63,596 bases of DNA from Asterionella formosa (taxonomy: Eukaryota), in assembly GCA_002256025.1 (NCBI GenBank), contig NKIB01013149.1:1-63596 (forward strand), given 5' to 3'. The first letter of the stretch is position 1; each line of letters starts with the position of its first letter. The notes under the pieces were generated by a model. That model made no database searches. It was not told the DNA's origin and was given only the letters and a program-made list of their open reading frames with translations. Both the position numbers and the translations under genes were made by a program. Positions 58,684-63,596 of this stretch are shown here, one piece after another.

Positions 58684-59544
58684 TTATGCCCTCGAGAAGA
58701 CGAAGAAATTGTCATCTTCATCGCGAGTGATCCGAATGCCCTCGTCGACATAAAACGTCTTGAGAGGGACCACTGGGACACTGCCAAATGCGCTATAAAT
58801 GTCACCAACAGGCACCTCAAATTTCATGTCATCCAAAAATTGGTTGAGGAGAGGAACATTGGATCCCTTTATTTGTGTTGTGGTGATTTGAAGCTCCCAT
58901 GTTTCAGGCGAGACGACCTTCAGCGATGCCGATGATATAACCGTTCCCTTGACTCGAAATGGAAATCCTGGTAAAATTCCAACCTCTACATCTACTTCAC
59001 TTACAAGTTGTTTGGTAGACACAGTCTGTCGGATGCGTCCGACTCTTGACGCAGTCGTCGCTGCGTCATGAATATCAAACCCATTTTGAGCGATCTCTTT
59101 GTTGGAGTCACCCAGAGCGGCTCGGATCGACAAGAAGAAGGGACTGGACCGAAAGAACTGAGTCGAAGACAGCACCAAGTCCCATTCGCCATTGGAAGCC
59201 GACGCTGGATCCGACGTGGGATTCAGTGCTTCAAGCTGCGTTACCAAATCAATGACGATATCCCGTTCTTCTGAAGTGGCATATTCGCCGCGGTTGGTAA
59301 CAGAGGCCAACAGAAGAAGCTCTCGTTTCAGCGCATCCCGAATGAAGGCATCGTCCGCGTCGGTATCCACTGTGACCGATTTTTCACTACTTGTCAGGTC
59401 GAAAGAATCGTAATCCGAGGGAGCTTCGCTCATCTTCGGAGCTTCTACATAGCTTCTGTGGAAACTCAGAGGAACGAACGCCTGAGCAGAGGTTGCTACG
59501 AATGCGAGGAAAAGAACGGAGCGGATTGCTGTTGTCCTTTGCAT
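58684..59544 (-). CDS. Plastid lipid-associated protein (PAP/fibrillin family)
   Basis: Signal peptide ending SAQA-FVP (plastid motif); [33 protein letters not shown]-terminal [20 protein letters not shown]. Confidence 0.88.
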   Translation of the reverse strand: MQRTTAIRSVLFLAFVATSAQAFVPLSFHRSYVEAPKMSEAPSDYDSFDLTSSEKSVTVDTDADDAFIRDALKRELLLLASVTNRGEYATSEERDIVIDLVTQLEALNPTSDPASASNGEWDLVLSSTQFFRSSPFFLSIRAALGDSNKEIAQNGFDIHDAATTASRVGRIRQTVSTKQLVSEVDVEVGILPGFPFRVKGTVISSASLKVVSPETWELQITTTQIKGSNVPLLNQFLDDMKFEVPVGDIYSAFGSVPVVPLKTFYVDEGIRITRDEDDNFFVFSRA

Positions 59545-59907
59545 GATTTTGTTAGGCTCGTTGGAGCCTGATCTGTCATGCATCATGGTCGCTCGCTCAC
59601 TTGGTTGTATGTAGAGGTGAACAAATTATTATTTCACTGATGTCCTGGTATCATGACACGCACCATGCATCATCACGTGGTACCAGGTACCAGGTACCTG
59701 GTAACCAGTTACTGTTCAGGTACTCCCGTTTATTCATTTTACCCGGAAGTAACGCACATGCACATGCACAGCACACGAACACGTCATTCGACTAAGGTTG
59801 CAAAAGCCAGCATGATAGTTTCCTCGAGTCCTAATAACCAAGAAAACGGCAATCCATTGGTCATAACATTGCATTTCTGAGTTCCTCGGGTGACTGGAAT
59901 ATTCAAG

Positions 59908-60669
59908 ATGAAAGTGGTGACGATGGGTTTGGTGACACTTTCAGTGTCAACACGAGCTTTTCGCATTCAATCGCATCATTTACCTTCAACTCGGAGTTGC
60001 AAAGCTAAACTATTCCAGAGTCTGAATGTAGAAGAAGCTGCTGCTTCCGAGAAGGAATCCTCTAATTTTGAAAATGATGGAATTTTCAGAGGTATGGCTC
60101 CCTTCTTAAAACTTGGTGGCATTTCTACTGGGAAAAAGATCATCTATGGTGTTTTAACCGCCGACGTCGACAAACAATTGACGAGGGAGGAGATGAGAAA
60201 GCAAGAGCGCGAGGCATCGGAGAAAATGGTGAATATAGGGGACCAAGAGCGGGCTCGAAGAGACAAAATTGGAACCATCATATTAGCACTTTCTGGGATA
60301 TATGCACTTTGGGCAGCTCTTGTTGCTGATGATGGTGGCCTTTATGGACATTTTATTCGATTCATGGTGCTCCCTTCATTTGGACTAGGATATGGTTACA
60401 AACTCAGCGCGCAGACCGGGTTATGAAACATTGCCCAGGCTGGGCTCTTGGACTTTGATGAAGGCTTATTTGAAATTGAAGACCAGAGCCTGGCTAATGC
60501 ATTGTTGGACAGGGTAAACGAGTTTAATAGCTCTACTGGACTAAAAGCATTTGCGGTGGCTGCCATATTTGGGTCATTGCCACAGGCAATATCCTCTCCA
60601 CTCGCATTTTATGGAGCCCTGTGTGCGACGCTTTACTTTGCCGAGGGAAAATTACCTAGAGGAGTATAG
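59908..60669 (+). CDS. Candidate selenoprotein (membrane selenoprotein-like), 253 aa, in-frame TGA at 60424-60426 read as Sec173; probably plastid-targeted
   Basis: ORFs 59890-60426 and 60448-60669 are one frame separated only by TGA (..SAQTGL-U-NIAQAGLLDFDEG..), with 80 open codons after it. Leader MKVVTMGLVTLSVSTRA-F, VNIGDQERARR followed by two hydrophobic helices, and a SECIS-like hairpin downstream. Confidence 0.8.
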
Positions 60670-60693
60670 TAGCAGACCGACTATGTTTGACAA

Positions 60694-60749
60694 GCTTAGA
60701 ATGACGGTCCAACCAGTTGGTAAGTGCTGACGATGGACTTGAGAAAGGT
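60694..60749 (+). promoter_or_regulatory. Candidate eukaryotic SECIS element
   Basis: ATGAC (60701-05) and TGAG (60740-43) form the kink-turn quartet, closed by GGTCCA/TGGACT. Further CAGT/GCTG pairing, an apical loop containing AA, and a weak lower helix GCTT/AGGT. The core starts 31 nt after the TAG stop. Confidence 0.65.
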
Positions 60750-61290
60750 ATCCAAACATATTCATACAATAAGAATTAGTCAATATTTATGTATACTAGT
60801 AACTCACTCATCCCATCATGACGATTTCTACCCTCTTCTTATGCGGTCCCAGTTCTTCTTGAATTGTAATAGTAATGGGGGTCTGTACATTATATGTCAG
60901 TAAAAAACTGCATTGACCCACAAACAGTATTAAAAACACAGATGTGTTGTGTTGGTCAAAAAAGCAAAAATATTTTAGCCACCACATCGACCAAGACCAA
61001 ATATGCTTTGGTCTTGTATGAGGATGACCCCTTATTGACCAAATATGAAGCATTTGGTCAATTAGACTCCAACTGTAGCCAAATAAAAGAAGCATTTCTA
61101 TTGGTTTAGATTGTGGCTTGCACCGGCAACCTAACGTTTATGGTTTAATGAGTGCATACATAGTTGCAATACATTTTCGGTACAATCTTCTTCATGTAGA
61201 CTCATACAACCATCAGTGTGTGTGCGCGCGCATTCAGTGTCGACTCATAAATATATGCATAATTTATTCAACATTGTCACCTTTATCAGT

Positions 61291-62107
61291 ATGGGTTCAG
61301 GTGTTACGTGGGAGAAAGAAGAGGATGAGGCGCTTGCTCGGTCCTGGGTTGCAGCCAGTGAAGACTCAATCACTGGGACTGGTCAGAAAGCAAGCAAGTT
61401 TTGGGGCCAGGTGTTTGAGATCTATGTACTAGGTCTCATCCCAGATGGCAAGGAGCGGACATCAACAGCATGCCGGGTTCGATGGGGAATGATAAATCAA
61501 GACGTCACAAAGTTCTGTGGCCTTTTTGCACAGTTGACAAGTGTTCCAAAATCGGGATGGACGGAAGATTAATACATTGAAGAAGCTATGGAGCTGTTTA
61601 AATTTGAAGGAAAGCAAAGGGAAAAGGCTAGGCAAAGAATTTATTTTCGAAGGGTGTTGGCATATTTTAAAGGAAGCCCCTGAGTGGAAGGGTGGTTGCA
61701 GTTACGTTTGGGATCATTCAAAATTAAAACTCGATGATTTGAAGTATGAGTTGCGTCCCATGGGGGCAAAAGCCGCCAAGAATGAAAAGCATGTTGCAAA
61801 TGCTCAGCTTGTCATTTAACAGAAGCATGTTATGATGCTTGAAAGAAAGGTGAAAACTCAACATGATGAGTTTCTATTCAAGATATTTTCAATGAATTGT
61901 GAATCAGCAGAAGAAAAAAGGTGGTTTGCCATGAAGACACAAGAAGCAATAGAGTATGTAGATGCTGTGATTGGGAAACCGGCAACCAAAAAGGCCAAAA
62001 CAGATACTACATTGCAGTTTAGCAGTTCTGCTGAGGAATTAGATGTTTCAATTTCTCCATCAGCATCTAGTACTGATGATGATGAATCGGTTCTAACTAG
62101 AAACTGA
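61291..62107 (+). pseudogene. PIF/Harbinger Myb/SANT-like (NAM-associated) accessory protein, disrupted
   Basis: WEKEEDEALARSWVAASEDSITGTGQKASKFW, RTSTACRVRWGMINQDVTKFCG, SGWTED, FIFEGCWHILKEAPEW and RPMGAKAAK. Premature stops and frameshift. Confidence 0.85.
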
Positions 62108-62224
62108 ACGACTAGAGTTATAAAAATATTTGGTTATTATTGCTCTGCTAGTTTTATTTCATTTTTTCCGATTTACATTATAAGTGTCAATAGATTTAAT
62201 TTAATATAAATAAATAGTATATTT

Positions 62225-62330
62225 TATTTATCCTCATTTCGAGTCCACAAGTGCTCAATCAAATCATTTCGCAATTGATGGTGCTCACCTTCATTCATTT
62301 AGTTCATTCGAATTGCTTTGAAATCTAGAA
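62225..62330 (-). mobile_element. C-terminal remnant of a PIF/Harbinger transposase, convergent with the Myb-like ORF
   Basis: The minus strand encodes EHHQLRNDLIEHLWTRNE, the characteristic C-terminus of plant-type Harbinger transposases. The rest is deleted. Confidence 0.7.
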
Positions 62331-62659
62331 AAGTGGGCGCGCTCTGACAATAAAAAATTATTATATCATGTGTATTATAACAAAAATCGTTGTACCCATA
62401 ACCCCAAAATTTGTGTTTGTGTTGACCGAATTTGGAAAACAAACACAAATTCTTTACAGTTATAAATAAAAGTGCATTATATAAAAAGATGTTTAGACAT
62501 GAATGACTATATAGAATTTCCCGGAATATTTCAAGACTTGCTTGTCATACTCAAAATGGCTTGCTCTTGCCAAAATAGGTATGCATATACATATGCATAT
62601 CGTTACATATCAATCAACCTCCTCAATAAATCGATCGTCATCGCTTTTAAATTTCGGCC

Positions 62660-63457
62660 ATGTCTTCATCTTCTTCTCGTCAAAGGAGAGCAGCCAGGGA
62701 GGGCTTCCCTTCCTCTCCAAGGCTGCTTGAACATCGCCGTCACCAACAAGAGCAACAACAACAGACTCAACCAGAAGAAGAGGAGGAGGAGGACGACGAC
62801 GAGAATGAAGATGACTCTGGTGCTGATGAGTTTGCCAGTGACGATGAGGACAGTAGGATAGGTGTCCCAGGTGTTTCTCAGATTGGTGTTTCTTGGGTTA
62901 CTCAGTCCCCATCAAGAAACAACAACGATTTTTCACGTTCTCCTACTAGTTCAGTTTCAAGAACGGCAACTGCCAGGCGAGCACCAATGTTTCCAAGAGC
63001 TCGCCGAAGCATGCAGAGTCGGGGTCAACAGTTCAGGATCACTGAGATTCTCTCATTGCTGGAAGGCATTTCTACTCACCTGCCAATTGGGTCCCATGAA
63101 TGGGAAGTTGTTGCATCACAGCACAAGAACGAGAATTTCCCAGACAAAGAACGGACAGGACCTTCACTTCGCCGAAAGTTTTCGCAGCTGCACAAAGTTA
63201 AGAAACCAACTGGGGAACCAACATGCCCTGCTGAGGTGAGATATGCCAAACAAATTTTTCGAAGAATCGAGCAACGAGCAGATGCAAGTGCTGAGATTGA
63301 ATCCACTGATCTTGGAATAGAGAGAGAGCCCAATGAGCCCAATATTGATGAGCCAAATGTTGATGATGATTTTATAGCGATTTCTGGGGAGAGTGAAGAC
63401 AATGGTGGAGCAACATCTGCCGCTTATGCTAATTTTTCTGGTTCAAGATTTCCTTGA
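62660..63457 (+). CDS. DUF6818-like Myb-related protein, probably transposon-associated; may be disrupted at 63457 and continue past it
   Basis: FRITEILSLLEGI..LPIGSHEWEVVA..H..FP..RTGPSLRRKF..L..KKPTGEPTCPAEVRYAKQI. Q/E/D low-complexity N-terminus. Confidence 0.65.
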   Translation: MSSSSSRQRRAAREGFPSSPRLLEHRRHQQEQQQQTQPEEEEEEDDDENEDDSGADEFASDDEDSRIGVPGVSQIGVSWVTQSPSRNNNDFSRSPTSSVSRTATARRAPMFPRARRSMQSRGQQFRITEILSLLEGISTHLPIGSHEWEVVASQHKNENFPDKERTGPSLRRKFSQLHKVKKPTGEPTCPAEVRYAKQIFRRIEQRADASAEIESTDLGIEREPNEPNIDEPNVDDDFIAISGESEDNGGATSAAYANFSGSRFP

Positions 63458-63596
63458 CCTATGGTGTCCCCTCGATTTAGAGACAAGGCAGTGTCAAACA
63501 ATACTGGGCCTGTTGAGAAAGTGCTTTCTCTTCTTTCGACACAGTTGCTTCACAAGGCTACTCAAACTGATACTGATAACCTGCAGCAGCAACAAC

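Overview
Eukaryotic nuclear DNA, most likely a diatom or related ochrophyte. Evidence: a chlorophyll a/c-type LHC gene, bipartite plastid-targeting leaders with ASAF-like cleavage motifs, and short GT-AG introns. Eleven probable host genes are present: ADA2, an aldo-keto reductase, an LYR-like orphan, an Lhcz-like antenna protein, UNG, TRAPPC10, an SNM1/PSO2 nuclease, a two-domain glycosyltransferase, an amino-acid transporter, a PAP/fibrillin and a candidate selenoprotein. They lie among decayed transposons (Plavaka/CMC-like, PIF/Harbinger, Tc1/mariner-like, Gypsy and Copia remnants), and there is one N gap. Main highlights: (1) a probably plastid-targeted membrane protein whose frame runs through an in-frame TGA and has a SECIS-like hairpin in its 3' UTR. 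(2) Clusters of TA-C...G-TA motifs (TACCGGTA, TACCWGGTA and similar) upstream of essentially every host gene. Comparing the two LTRs of a mini-Copia element shows two of them as CCGGTA indels at TA sites, consistent with nested transposon excision footprints. (3) Two tRNA-headed SINE-like elements, one with a highly structured ~200-nt body. (4) DNA transposons apparently carrying Ulp1-like protease and 2OG-Fe(II) dioxygenase cargo. All family assignments come from motif recognition by eye; no searches were run.
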